A DNA stretch of 64,000 bases from Octopus bimaculoides (lineage: Eukaryota), in contig NC_068985.1 of the NCBI RefSeq assembly GCF_001194135.2, forward strand, positions 33,483,660 through 33,547,659, in the 5' to 3' direction. A model generated the notes under the pieces. The model had not been told where the DNA came from. It did not search any database and saw only the letters and a program-made list of their open reading frames with translations. Made by a program: the position numbers and the translations under genes. Each line of letters starts with the position of its first letter. The stretch's first letter is position 1. Positions 51,181-64,000 of this stretch are shown here, in pieces.

Positions 51181-52280
51181 TTGGGACAAAAAGAAGCAAA
51201 ACCAAGTACTGTACTTCCTTTTTGTTATTGTTTAGCCCTGTTCAAACAAACCTCTGACAGAAAGCAGTTCAGCCCTGACCATTCCCTTTTCTTTTCAATG
51301 AGTGTATCTAAAACTATATTATGTAAGGTGCCCTTCCCTTTTCAAGAGAAGGTATATAATTCGAGGAAGATTTGGTTATTATTTCTAGCAGATCAAGTGA
51401 TTAATAAAAGCTCCCCTCATTGTCTCATATCTATACTGTAATGTACTCTACCGTTTTGATTATCTACACCAGTCCATACCAAATGATAGCCATGTAAATA
51501 CACTGAACTGACAAAAGTTTCTATTCTATTTATTACACAATCAGGTATGTGACAGTGTAATAAATGAATCTAGTTGTGCTCCATTTCTATGAATTCTCCC
51601 TTAAACCTCATTACTTCTCTGTGGATGCTTGCTAGCCCAGAGCTACTCATTTAATATATGATCTGTTGGTAAGATAAAATTGGACTTCAGTTCTAGAATC
51701 TAATCAGTTTTTTAATATTATAACTTCAGGCTGCTAATCTTAAATGAAGGTAGAAAGAAAAAAGTAGTTAGATGAATATAATGGTCATAATAATGATATG
51801 TCTAGTATTCAATAATGAGATCCAGAGAAAAAAATATTCAAGCAAAATATAAATGTTGTGATGGAATAGTTCTCATGGCTGTGTTCATGAGAAGTTCACT
51901 TTGCAACTGCATAGTTCCAAGTTTGATTCCACTGTATGGCACCTTGGTCTTTCACAGCAACCTCAAGTTGATCAGTGTTTTGTGAGTGTAAGTAGATGTG
52001 TGTGTGTGTGTGTTTGTGTTTGTATTGTGTTTACATTTTATCCCTTTATACTCCACAGCTTAGTAGCTCAGCAAATAGGTATGATGAAATCTGTATCAGG
52101 TTGAAACAAGTACTGAAGTTGATATGATCAGCTAAAACCTTAAAGTTGGTGCCTCAGTATTGCTGCAATCCAGTGACTGAAACCAGTAAAATCTTGCTTT
52201 TAAAAATATGTTATTTTTAAAAGCAGATTCTTGATCGAAGATATTCCACTTTTAACAATCTTATTTTTTTTCCTGTTATA

Positions 52281-52491
52281 GTGCTGAAAAGTTCCTGGCC
52301 TTTAAGGGTATTGCAAAAGGCCTGGTTGGAGGCCCTACCTTCCGAGTTCTTTTACAGGGCTTAGTAAAACTGAAGGACGCTGCAATAAGTGTGTGAATTT
52401 GAGAGAAGACTATATTGAATAAAATCATAATTAACTGCTCCCCCTATATTTTCTTTTACCCAAAGCCAGGAACTTTTCAGCACCCCTTGTA
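52281..52491. mobile_element. mariner-derived MITE
   Basis: Inverted repeat GTGCTGAAAAGTTCCTGGC (52281-52299) / GCCAGGAACTTTTCAGCAC (52465-52483), extending on the right to CCCTTGTA. The interior resembles a transposase C-terminus (KLKGRCNKCVNL..DYIE*). Confidence 0.8.
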
Positions 52492-54664
52492 TCTCAAACT
52501 AAATTGTAACCAATATATCCTATCTTTTAAAATGGTAGGGTGAGGGTTTTTTCTGGAGATCCAGGTGCTAATTTTAGTAGGTTGCACAACTATGTAATGA
52601 TTTCCTTGGTTTAAGTATGTGATATCTTTTGGTATCAGTGATGTGGACTACCCTACCTTCCTAAGAGGTAGGATTTCAAATAGATTCAGTGAATATTTGA
52701 AATATTTTTTTAAGTATGAATCATGGATAAGAAAAAATGAGGACTATTTATTTTGGTTCTAAAATTTTGATTCTGCAGTAATCTCATATGAATAGAATGT
52801 TTTCTTCCTTTACGTGCTAGCATTTAATTTTCTTATAAATAAATACATTCCAAATTTCATTATAGGCTGCATAGGGTTCCCCAGTGAGATGCATATGGCC
52901 TGTTGATTTAATATTTTACATATCATACACGAATAGAAATACTAACAAAAAATGCTAAAAAAAAAAGCAAATTAAACTATTTTAACCTTTTATATTTATA
53001 CAGTCAAGATTGGTTGTTTGCATATCTTATAAAATGTAAAACCATGTTTGGGAGCTAAGAATGAATCATTGAGTGTACTTCTTCAAAATTCTCATAGAAA
53101 ATAAAGGTTTGAAAAGAATTCAAACAAGAAAGACAAATGTAAGTGCAACCAGCAGTAAGTAACATAATGAGTGAAGGAAATTACCCATTGGTATGGAAAA
53201 TAATTAGTAAAGTAAGCACTAACACACTTAATGTAACTAGCAAGGAAACTAATTAATCAAAGTTCTCCTGAACTGTGAAGAGGTAAACACTGAAACTACA
53301 TTTAAATTTAACCAAGACAGGCAGGAGTAGCAACCTCAAATATTAAAAAATAATGTAATAAAAGGGCTGACCACTGAATTTCCATCAATTACAACTAGAC
53401 ATATGGTAAACTTAATAAAATTCAAACACCTCCAGAGTTTTCACTGTCATCATCGTCATTCAATGTCCGCTTTCCATGCTGGCATGGGTCGGATGGTTTG
53501 ACTGAGGACTGGCAAGCTAAAAGGCTGCACCAGGCTCCAATCCGATCTGGCACTGTACCTTTCAAAAATCAAATTAATTGTTCCTTTCACTGTATGTCTA
53601 TTTCCAATTTTAATTAATTGAGATTTGAGTCAGCCTATTTCAACTTTTTTTTTGCAATTTTTGTTACCCTTGACTATCTTATGTAAATTTATGCATTGAC
53701 TTAGTGGTTACCCTTCCACAATTCTGGCATTCTTGATCAATTACTTTCCTTGCTAACCACATTGTGTTAGAATTTATTTTACTGATAGAACGTAGGCAAG
53801 TTCATTGTAAACGAAACTGCAGCTCAGAATTGGTTCTTTATATAACTGGTGCTACTTCACTTGTGTTACTGATGCTGCAGGGAAAGATGGGCATCACAAC
53901 AACTATTTTCCCTTTCCTTAAGTTAGTATGTCTAATATCACTTATTAATGATTACTACTGATAATCTTGCAGGAAGGGCAGTATTTGACATTTGACTGTT
54001 TCACCAGTGAATAAAACTGATAAATAATCATCATAAAGCAAGAGCTTTATAGATATATGGATATTGACCTACTGGGAGACAAAGGTTTTAAATTTGTCAT
54101 CAGTATTATGGTGATATAACCTTCCTTGGCAAAAACATTCAATTGTCAATGGGTCAGCTCACTTAATTATAATTAGGTACAGCTAACTATTGCAAATTGC
54201 AAGCTCATAGTGTAGGCTTCTAATTTCTAATCTTCCTTCAGGTCAGAAGAAGAAAAATCATTGTAATATATTTTCTTTCAGAGTTTTACATAATAAAGAC
54301 AATATCTACAATACTTCCCAATGTTACAATGTGAGACATTATTGTTTAATTATATGGGTATGTGAGTGCTTACATTATAATAACTATACCATACCATAGT
54401 TTCACTTTAGAGCCCAAAAGATTGCCACAGAAGACTATTAACTAAAATCAACAATTACCCAAAGACCAACATGAAACTATAGTATTAATCAACTGGAATA
54501 ATTACTTAAAGATAAATGCTTTTAATATGTTACCCCAATAATGGTGCATTTTAGTGACTGAAACCAGGAAAAGAATGTATCAGACACCTTATTCTTTACT
54601 GGAAATGTGTATTGGACACTTCATTGCATACACACATATGTATCCACATACCTAACTCATGTGA

Positions 54665-54729
<65 letters not shown>

Positions 54730-54732
<3 letters not shown>

Positions 54733-55448
54733 ACGGTAAATAAGAAAGTGGAGAGGATACAAAATCGACAGACATCAGCCGGTAAAGATTCTAGTATGTC
54801 TATTTATTCCAATGTATTAGATGAATACATACACATGTAGTACAGAAATGAGCAAATGAGCAGATTGTCAGTAGATGCTAGTTCCTTACAGCTGTTTCTG
54901 CCAAGAGGTAATGAAATTCTCCAGGTTATCTCCATCTCTTCAGTGTTTTGTAGGGATGGGCAGATAAGGCTTGGATGTTGAATGCACCTCTAGGCTTCTT
55001 CAGAGGGTCTAAGTGGTTGGGAGGGCTAGTACATATAAGAAACAGTTAATAATAGGTACAGTTTGTCTTTATAAAAAAAGAGCAGAAAAAGAATAGGAGT
55101 AAGAATAAGAACAAACATGAACAAACATTATTAACTGTTTCTTATATGTATTAGCCCTCCCAACCACTTAGACCCTCTGGAGAAGTCTAGAGACACATTC
55201 ATCATCCAAGCCTTATCTGCCCATCCCTACAAAACACTGAAGAGATGGAGATAACCTGGAGGATTTCATTACCTCTCGGCAGAAACGGCTGTAAGGAACT
55301 AGCACCTATTAACAATCTGCTCATTTCTGTACTACTAATACATGTGTATGTATTCATCTAATACATTGGAATAAATAGACATACTAGAATGTTTACTGGC
55401 TGATGTCTGTCGATTTTGTATCCTCTCCACTTTCTTATTTGCCGTATA
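54730..55448. repeat. Long inverted repeat (arms 54730-55053 and 55127-55448, 73-nt spacer) derived from a Penelope-like 3' end
   Basis: The arms are reverse complements with about 16 substitutions and one small indel region by hand alignment. The right arm carries CTGAAGA...GAAACGGCTGTA, a hammerhead-like motif. Confidence 0.95.
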
Positions 55449-55604
55449 AATCAAGGGTAAACCACTTTTTATCCCCACCCATATATAACACTCAATTGCG
55501 AGCTTGCCCCACAATAACTAGCACTTGGGTAAGAATAACTGGGTACACTACCAACAATATATTGAATAGGTACTATCCCTTAGTTGATTTCTCAACCTCT
55601 AACT

Positions 55605-55664
<60 letters not shown>

Positions 55665-55669
55665 ATTAA

Positions 55670-56390
55670 CAGAATAAGATAAAAATCCAAGGGTGTGAAA
55701 GATTTCAGAACATTTATAAATAGAAGGTCTTACAGCTGTTTCTGGGATATTTTATATATCCCTTCATCAGAGAGTGTGAGAAAATGGTTAAGCAATAATT
55801 ATTCTAGATAAGATATGAAATAGAGTAGAGTGGAAGAATGAAGATAGATGTGAGATATGCAGGGATATTGAATCTGTAGTTCCATTATTTAAGCAGAATG
55901 GTATATATATATATATAAGATTCCTGTACCTTGTAAGTTCCAGTAGTATTTAAAATTGGTTATTCGAAGCATAGAGTTTGTAAACAAGTGTTATTGAATC
56001 GAGGGTTTTTTTAGGGTGACTTAAAAGCTGAGAATGTATTTGTAAGGTCAAATCAAAAACAGGAAGAGAGGAAAAAGAAAAGAAAAAAGGGAGAAAAAGG
56101 AAAGCGAGGGGATAGATAATAAAGAAATGAAGAGAGGGAAAGTGTACTGGTTAGTGGTCAGTCAAGATAAATTGATAGAAGGAATGGGGAGGTGAGGGTG
56201 ATAGAGAGAGAAAGATATCAGTGTGTAAAGATATGAGAGGGTAAATAGTTAAAGAGTGTCAGGTATGTAGTGATAGAGCCTAAGTGAGGAGCAGAGAGAG
56301 GTGGGTAGAGGTAGTAAAATGGTGGAAAGAAGAATTTGGGAATATAGGTTATGTTGGTTAGAGAACAGGTCAGTGCTTAGTAGTAGAAGA
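55670..56390 (-). mobile_element. Penelope-like terminal (pLTR) fragment
   Basis: G/A-rich + strand like the other PLE remnants. It carries the hammerhead at 55728-55773. Confidence 0.6.
55728..55773 (-). ncRNA. Minimal type I hammerhead ribozyme motif
   Basis: The minus strand reads TCT-CTGATGA-A-GGGATAT-ATAAA-ATATCCC-A-GAAA-CAGCT-GTA|AGA. It has a 7-bp stem II, palindromic stem III (ACAGCTGT), a GUA triplet and a 3-bp stem I. Confidence 0.7.
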
Positions 56391-57719
56391 ATATATATAT
56401 GTGATGTATACACATGCATATATCAAACATGTATATAGATATTTATACACGTCAATACCTACACATACAACACGTACTCATATGTATATGTACATCTGAA
56501 ATCTTTCACAGCCTTGGATTTTTATCTCATTCTGTTAATTTTTTTATATATACACATGCTGATATACGACCTACGTTGGACTCCTCATTCGCATAATCAC
56601 CGAACCTGCAGCTTAACTATATTCTAACCATAGCACTTACTCAGCATTACCTGACATCTTTGGGTCTTATTGACACCATTACTTCTCATAACCTCTCTCT
56701 CTCTCTCCATATATATATATATGCATACACACACCAGGGAACCTGATAATGTGATAAGAATCTAATGAAGCAAAGCTAGATAACAAGCAGAAGTGGGATT
56801 TAACCATAATCAATTATATACAGTCAATAAAGACAAACCAAGACTTTATGCAGTGTGGTAGACATAGCTTCTTCTCAAGGCTTAATTCTTAGGATTAGGT
56901 GCTGACAATGAACGTGGGATAGCTACTGTTTGACATTTTTCATTTACTCAATTACTTTGATGTTGTAGATTCTGCCAAACAGAGCTAACTGGAGTTTATC
57001 AACATAAAATACGTTTTAAGTAGAAATAACAGAATGTGATGGAAAATAAGGATATTGTTAATGAAAACATTAAGTTGTCTAGCTGGATCAATTCAACTTT
57101 AATCATTACATTATCCAACAGAAGCAGAAAGACTGACATTTTTTTTTTTACTTTTGCACCATTATTTGTTCAAAATACTGTCCAAAATTATTTATCTGTT
57201 TATTGAGATTAGTTTTAATTGATTTCTATTTGTGTGTATGTAACACAAACTTTTTACTCCAATTACTATTTAAACTATTTAAACTGTGCATGTTTAGATA
57301 TTTACTTTCACACAAATTAAATGACAGCAAAACCAAATGATCAATTATCTTATTTGATAATTCCAAATTCAGAATAGCATGCTTTGGTAAATTACTGGGG
57401 AGTCTGTTTTGAATAACAGATCTGTGATTTATTAATGGCAAATTTTACCATGTTAGTTATAGCATCTAAACAAATCCTTGTTTTCTAAAATAATCTATTT
57501 AATTTTAACTTAAATTTTGTTATTGTTGCTGCTGCTACTGCTCTCATCATTCTCAGTGTACACAAAATTCCTTTTATCCATGTGATTTAGTTGTATAATA
57601 GTTTTATGTATGTTATATTCTTTATTTAGCTGGTGTTTTTGTTCAAGGGAATGAATAGGAGTTAGTTATGAAGAAACAATATGCTTTTATTGATATTCAA
57701 ACAACAATTATTTCATTAA

Positions 57720-59900
57720 AAAACTCATCATCATTTAACATCTATTTTCCATACTGGTATGGGTTGGATGGTTTGACAGGAACTAGCAAGACCAGAGGTA
57801 GCACTAGGTTCCATAGTCTGTTTTGGCTTGGTTTCTACAGCTGGATGACCTTCCCGTCACCAACCACTTTACAGAGTGTACTTGGTGCTTTCTATATGCG
57901 CTTTTTACATGGTGACAGTATCAGTGCTTTTTACATGGCACCAGCACCAACATCAATGCCTTTTATGTGGCACTTTGGTTTAGAATACCATTTCTGCTGT
58001 GGTGGGTGAGTTTTCTTGAGTACAACAACGCCACATATCTCAGTCCTCTATCATCTCCTTTGTGAGGTTCAGCATGTCTTTCTTTCAACATCCTTCCACT
58101 TTAAGTGATTGGCACTTCTTTATGCAACAGTCCTCATCCATCCGCATCATGTGACCAAATCAGCACAGTCTCCTCTCTTGCACACTGCATATAATTCTGC
58201 TTATGCCCATTTTTTCTCTCAATACACTAATATTTTATTACACTTGTACACTGATATTGCACATCCAGCAGAGCATACCAGCTTCATTCCACTCTAGTCT
58301 TTGCATATCCTCTGCATTCAGGGTCCATGTCTCACTACCGTGTAGCATTGCTGTTTGTATTCATGCATCATACAATCTTCATTCCACTCGGAGAAAGAGA
58401 CCTTTGGTTGCCAACAGAAGTAAAAGCTCTTGCTATTGGGTTGTCCGGAAAGTTCGTGCCGATTTTCCAAAAGGTTCTTCTCACTCAACTCATATGGTAC
58501 CCAAACATCGTTGCAATTTAACTACCCAAGCTTTACCAGGTGCTCATGAACGACGGATTTTGATAGGTTGAGGCTTTCTGGCAATTCTCGGGTTGTGCAA
58601 TGTGGGTTATTCTCAATTAATGACTTGATTTGGTCATCATTTGTAGTGGATGGTCTGCCTGATCGCTCTCTATCAATAAGGCTACAATCTCCAGCTCGGA
58701 ACCTTGCAAACCACTTCCATACAGTTTTTTCAGATAAAGAAACATCACCGTAAACTGCGCATATTTCTTTGGTTGCTTGTGAGGCATTTTTCCCTTTACG
58801 GAAAAAGAAAAGCACCAAGTGCCGAAAATGAACTTTCTAGTCTTCCATTTTAAAGGGTTACAGAATTAACACAGGTTATAAGAACATAAACCTTCTTCCA
58901 CGAAAAGATAGCTTAAACTGTGCTCTAAATGGAGGTGTAGTCAAATCCTATTTTATGGACTCAACCATGTTCTAAAATAAGTCGAAAGGTAAGCTACTAT
59001 AAATTGGCACGAACTTTCCGGACAACCCAATAATTACTCTTCCTGTATAACCTCCTCCACTGATAATTAAGTCACATAGGTAGCAGAAATTATTTACAAC
59101 TTCCAAAGACCCTCCAAGGACATTTGATGAAATCAGTTTCCTGTGGATCTGTGGTCTTTATGGCTCCTGTACATCTTCCTTATACAAACACTACTTTCTC
59201 TGTTAACGTTTTCTGCACCTGTTTTCTGTAGCTTACACTAGGTACACTGAATGGAATTTCTGCCTTAACCCATCCTACATATATAGCAGGGCCATTTACC
59301 TGAAGAGAGTAGGGTCCCATCTGATTTCTTACTTTCTAGGATTTGGTCTTTGCTAAGTTAACTTTAAGACCCTATGATTCCAAGTTCTGTTTCCGCACCT
59401 GGAATTTCTTTTCTAATTCAGTTATAGATTCTGCCATGAGGGCCTGATCAGCATATAGTAGTTCACATAAGCTTCCAGTCTTAAATTTCTCTGTTATGAC
59501 CTGGAGGCCAATAATGTATAAGAGGGGCTGAGGACCGAGCCTTGATGAACACCTACCTGTACTCTAAGTTTATCACTGTACCTATGGCTAACTCTTACCT
59601 TACTAACAGCACCCCTATGCAAGGCCTCTACTGCTTTCACAGGATATTCATTTACCCCTAGTTTCCTCAGAGACTACCGTATCACAAAGTGAGGTACTCT
59701 GTCAAAGAGTTTATCTTTATCAACAAATGCCAAGTACAATGGCCTGTTCTTAGCTAAATACTTCTGTTACAGTTGCCTGACTATGAAAATTGCATCACTG
59801 GTCCTTCTCCTAAGGACAAAGCCAAACTGTATTTCAACTAGTCTAATTCTGTATCTAATTAATTGGGCTACAATTCTCTCCACAACTTTTATCACCTGGT
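57720..59900 (-). mobile_element. RTE-clade LINE (RT region to 3' tail) interrupted by a mariner
   Basis: Minus translation QVIKVVERIVAQLIR...QFGFV...TSDAIFIVRQL...YLAFVD...FDRVP...VGVHQGSVLSPL covers 59500-59900. The C-terminal region and the (GAT)n-type tail continue at 57720-58433. Confidence 0.85.
58436..59030 (-). mobile_element. Internally deleted mariner (Tc1/mariner) element
   Basis: 30-bp TIRs TTGGGTTGTCCGGAAAGTTCGTGCCGATTT / AAATTGGCACGAACTTTCCGGACAACCCAA with TA duplication (58434-35, 59031-32). The ORF reads MED*KVHFRHLVLFFFRKGKNA...KWFARFRAGD...RSGRPST...WVPYEL and has no DD34D domain. Confidence 0.95.
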
Positions 59901-60699
59901 CCAGCAATTTACTTTATAAAAAGTTCTATGTATTTTAACTATGCTAGTAATTAATTAAAACTGGAAAATTTTGGATCACCTATTTCTGTTCATTCATTAA
60001 AAAAACCCCACAACTTTACAAATAAAAATTGTTTAAGGTAACTAATTGTATTAATATTTTTATAATCATACTGAAATTTAAATAATTGCTAGCTTTGCAT
60101 CAACTGATCATAGATTTACTTCTTTTTTTTATTGACTTTTGATGTAACATTGGTTTCAATTAGACAGTTCTTCATCATAAAAGCACACATTTTGTTTTCT
60201 AATTTAGTGAAATATATCTGCTTTGTTAAGCTTGCATCACCATCACCATCATCATTACAATCATCATCATCATCATCACCATCACCATCATCATCATCTT
60301 CATCTTCACCAACTCCACTATCATTGTAATCATCATTTTGCATCTGCTTTTCCATACTGGTATGGATTAGGTGAGTCCTTATAGTCTGATTCAGTTTTCT
60401 TTTGGAAGTACTATCCTGCTAGATTGTTTGGGGACTAATTTTTGCTTGTATATTCTGCAGTTGGATGCCTTCCTTAGAACCATGCCAAAAATAGAACATA
60501 AATAATCCTTGCCATAAATAGTTATAAATATATCTTGTGTAGATTCTATATAAATTTCTTGTTTACTTAATATTCTTTCATAACCACCTTTCTAATGAAA
60601 CACTATACATTTTAATTCATCGTCATTTAACATCCGCTTTCCATGCTGGCATAAGTTGGACAGTTTGACAGGAACTGGCTAGGTAGAAATTATCATGAC

Positions 60700-61900
60700 T
60701 CTGCAGGGAAGTTACTATTATTATTAATCTGTTTTTTAGAAACATAACAAAAAGGATCTTACATAATAACCACTGTGAAATTCTTAGTTTGGTATCACAG
60801 AAACAAGAGCAGTCTTGGCAGGCTGGATCAAAAGGGTTTAGAAAATATTTCCTGTCAATGGTATCATAGATATTTCTTGTTATAACCTCATGCTTCAACG
60901 GAAGATAGTGTGTCAGTGATAGTTTTGAATGGCTGCTGAAAATATCTCTTTTCTTGAAGTTTAATGTATTAAATATGGGTTAACACACCAGTAGTCTTGA
61001 AGTTCTTCTATGAAGAATGTTTACCAAATGCTGAGTAGTTATATTGCTTTCAGCTGTTTCTTGTGATTGAAATTGATTGCCTAATTCCTTTATGCTGATA
61101 ATGCTGATGACTAAGAAGGCCAGATGTAGATATTGATGGCCAGGAAGAGTTGGAGAGAATGATTATGGTTTAGATGTTGTTGCATTCAATGTTCTTTAAG
61201 TTTTTCTTTCAGGGAAGGGGGTAATTCAATTACATCAACCCCAGTGCTCGAATGGTGCTTATTTATCAACCCTGAAACGATGAAAGGCAAAGTCAACCTT
61301 GGCAGAGTTTGAACTCAGAACATAAAGATGGATGAGATGCCCAGTATGCTAATGATTCTGCCAGCTCACTGCCTTAGTGATACAGTAATATTAGTAGGAG
61401 TGGTTCTCGGCTTCTATTACCTATATTTTTTTGTCTGAATTCTAGCCATATTGAGGGTTGATGTTAGATGTTCAAGGTCTTTTCCTGGTAGTTAGTTCAC
61501 TGAAGAAATTTAACTAGTCACATATTCTGACTATCATAGCCAATGTTTTATCATGCATAGTTTATGCTTTGAGTGTTGGATATTTTTGAACAGTATTTGT
61601 TAGTTATGTAGTCCTCTCATTTGATGTTTAAGATGGTAAAGTGTCTTTGTTTCATAATATATATATAGGGTGTATATCCTTGAAAAATTGAAGCAATGTG
61701 ATGAATGTTTGTCTACATAAATTGTTCTCCTTATCTATATTGATGTTATTATCCAGTGTCTGCAATGAATACTTAATCATAATATTATTCAGGGTTTTTC
61801 ATCTAGAAGTCTACTGAGATTGGTTTGTCTAATAGCTCTAGTTATATGAGACTAAAAGGATACCTGGCATTAACCAGGAAATAAAGCACTCAATTGCTGG
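60700..61900 (-). mobile_element. Possible heavily decayed Penelope-like element, interrupted by a family-B SINE at ~61200-61380
   Basis: Broken coding-like minus-strand frames that only loosely resemble PLE RT and thumb segments. Confidence 0.3.
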
Positions 61901-61973
61901 TTACTTAGTTGAATTCAAATAATGATAGTGTTGTGTAAAATTACTATTTCAAACTCATTATTTATGTTATATA

Positions 61974-61974
<1 letters not shown>

Positions 61975-62009
<35 letters not shown>

Positions 62010-62370
62010 TATTTAATGTCCTCTGTCCATGCTGGTATGGATTGGACCGTTTGACCAGAACTGGCAAGTAGGAGAGCTGCACCAGATTCCTGTTTGATTT
62101 GGCATGGTTTTTACAGCTGGTTGCCCTTCCTAACACCAACCTCTTTACAGAATGTGTTGGGTGCTTTTATGTGGCACCACATGAGGGCTTTTATGTGACA
62201 CCAGTATAGGACTCTTGCAGGCAAATTTTTTAACTAGGGGTACCAGCCTTAGCTCTTCTGCTGTGGAGTACAGGTCTTTTTGAGTACAGCAAGGCACCTG
62301 GCATCTTGGTCCTTTGTCATCTTGCCCAAAAGGTTCAGCATCCTGAAGTCATCCTTCAGTATGTTGTCCA
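61975..62370 (-). mobile_element. RTE 3' UTR/tail copy
   Basis: (CAT)n on the + strand, then TTTAATGTCCTCTGTCCATGCTGG...CAGCTGGTTGCCCTTCC...GTGCTTTTATGTGGCACC. Confidence 0.75.
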
Positions 62371-62643
62371 TTTCTTAAAATTTTACTTGCATTTTGGTAA
62401 TTTACTATAAAAGGAAATTTAACACATGCACACACACTCACACACATGCACACGCACACATATCTGCACAATAAATGGCTAAGTTGTGCATTAAGCATCT
62501 GCCCTCTATGAACCTTTTTAATATATTTAGAAAATAGTTTTGCTGGATTCTATGTTTTAAACATTGAAGATTACACCTGTGTGCAAAATAAAAAGAAATT
62601 CACAAGCTCAGTTTTCTTTGAAGTATGTCCCCCTCTCCCTGTA

Positions 62644-62718
62644 ACTAATCCTAAGCTCTATACCCTAACCATAAACTCTACACTTAAAACCCAGCCCTAA
62701 CTCTAAAGCCTAACTGTA
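62644..62718. repeat. Degenerate (CCCTAA)n-like hexamer tract
   Basis: CTAATCCTAAG...CCCTAACCATAA...CCCTAACTCTAAAGCCTAAC periodicity. Confidence 0.45.
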
Positions 62719-64000
62719 ACATTTTCCTTTCATGACAATAATTTACTATGTTTAATATGTCTAATTCACAAGGAAACAAATTGGAAAAATATGTCAAAAA
62801 TGGAAAGCTGCTGCTGGTTGTGTACTCTGAGATAGAGATTGTGGACCAGTAAAAAGTTCTTTTTTAATTGTATCTTTAAAACTCTTTTTTTTTCCTTAAA
62901 TCTTAAAGAAACTCTCCCTCCCCTCGAATAGAAAATAAAACAGTTAGGCAGATGGGGTTTCATATTACATACTTATTTAATACATATATAATCTATTTGA
63001 AATATTTTTTTAATATGGACACAAACAAATGTGATAAAAGAATCAGTTTGTAATCATCTGGATTTGGATTAATTTTGCTCAACAAGATCATTAAAAGCAA
63101 TTAATCAAAATTCCAGCTCTAAATTATTGAAAATAAGACCTTTTTAGCATTTCATGTTCAGGGCCTGATGAAAGGGAAAGTATTTACTTTGTCAAAGCCA
63201 GTGACCAAAAAATGAAAGTGTTTTCCTTCAAAATGAAACTGTTAAATAACAGTTAAGTGCCATTTCAATGATGTACAAAGGCTCCACATGATATTTTAAT
63301 TAAATTCTTAATGTGAGCCATGCATGGCTATTATCTATTGAGCTGTATCAAAATGTTAATAGATGAGATTACAATGTTTAACAGCAAATATACAAAATGC
63401 ACTTTTCTGCAAAATTATGGCCTCCTTAATTGCATTTCAATTTGTCCTGGTTGCAGTTATGAAGTAAAGTTTCATGAAAACCTGCATCATGTGAGATGGA
63501 TACCTGAGAGAGTATGCCAAAAGAGTTGTTGCAAGAAATTGTCATTATGAACACATTTTTCTCAAGAAAACTGCTTTGTGAAATTCATCAAGCTTATATA
63601 TTAGTGCATGACATAGTAACCATTAAAATAATAGGTCATGAAACCACTTTCATCCTCATCATCAAAATTACTTTCACTTTTTGACCTAGAAACTCATAGT
63701 TTTGATGAAGTAAATGCTCTATCTTTCCAAGGGCTTTGGAAAATAAGGAAGCACTGACACTTGTTAAAAAAAAAAACTGTGATTATAACAAGTAAACAAA
63801 AACATAGTTATTTATATGAAAGGTTTTAGAAGAGCAGAAATAAAAACTAAAATATATCTATCTCTATTTCGGTGTGTGATGTGTTTTTTCTGAAATACAG
63901 AAAGTAAATTAAGATGATGTAATTTTTCTCTTTCTTTATTGATAATTACGGGCACTTGTTGGTGAGCAAGTGAGTGTTTGTGTTGATGTCATTCATGTAT

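Noticed and set aside
53788-53924. Open frame after TGATAG| as the next + strand exon
   Set aside because: Poor polypyrimidine tract, moderate donor and no recognisable homology.
63160-63200. GGCCTGATGAAAGGGAAAG as a hammerhead
   Set aside because: No stem II between the core and GAAA.
63316-63329. 14-bp perfect palindrome AGCCATGCATGGCT
   Set aside because: Several palindromes of this length are expected by chance in 64 kb.

Overview
AT-rich, microsatellite-dense animal genomic DNA with three N gaps. The SINE and LINE families look cephalopod (Octopus-like); this is my recognition and was not database-checked. No complete or nameable protein-coding gene is present, and almost all ORFs in the track are microsatellite or transposon artefacts. 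The window is mostly decayed mobile DNA: tRNA-derived SINEs (often in head-to-tail arrays), RTE, R4/Dong-type (RLE), CR1/L2 and Penelope-like retroelements, an internally deleted mariner, a mariner MITE and piggyBac-type MITEs. Three things stand out. (1) A consensus recursive-splicing (ratchet-point) signature on the + strand at 37783/37784: branch point, 92-nt AG-free zone, polypyrimidine tract, TAG|GTAAGT, and a second GTAAGT 52 nt downstream, with stops in all frames. A few weakly supported, phase-compatible + strand exon candidates lie upstream of it. (2) Minimal type I hammerhead ribozyme motifs at 10946-10988 (+) and 55728-55773 (-), sharing an unusual extra A before GAAA. (3) A near-perfect inverted repeat with ~320-bp arms derived from a Penelope-like element 3' end (54730-55448). 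Boundaries of degenerate repeats are approximate.
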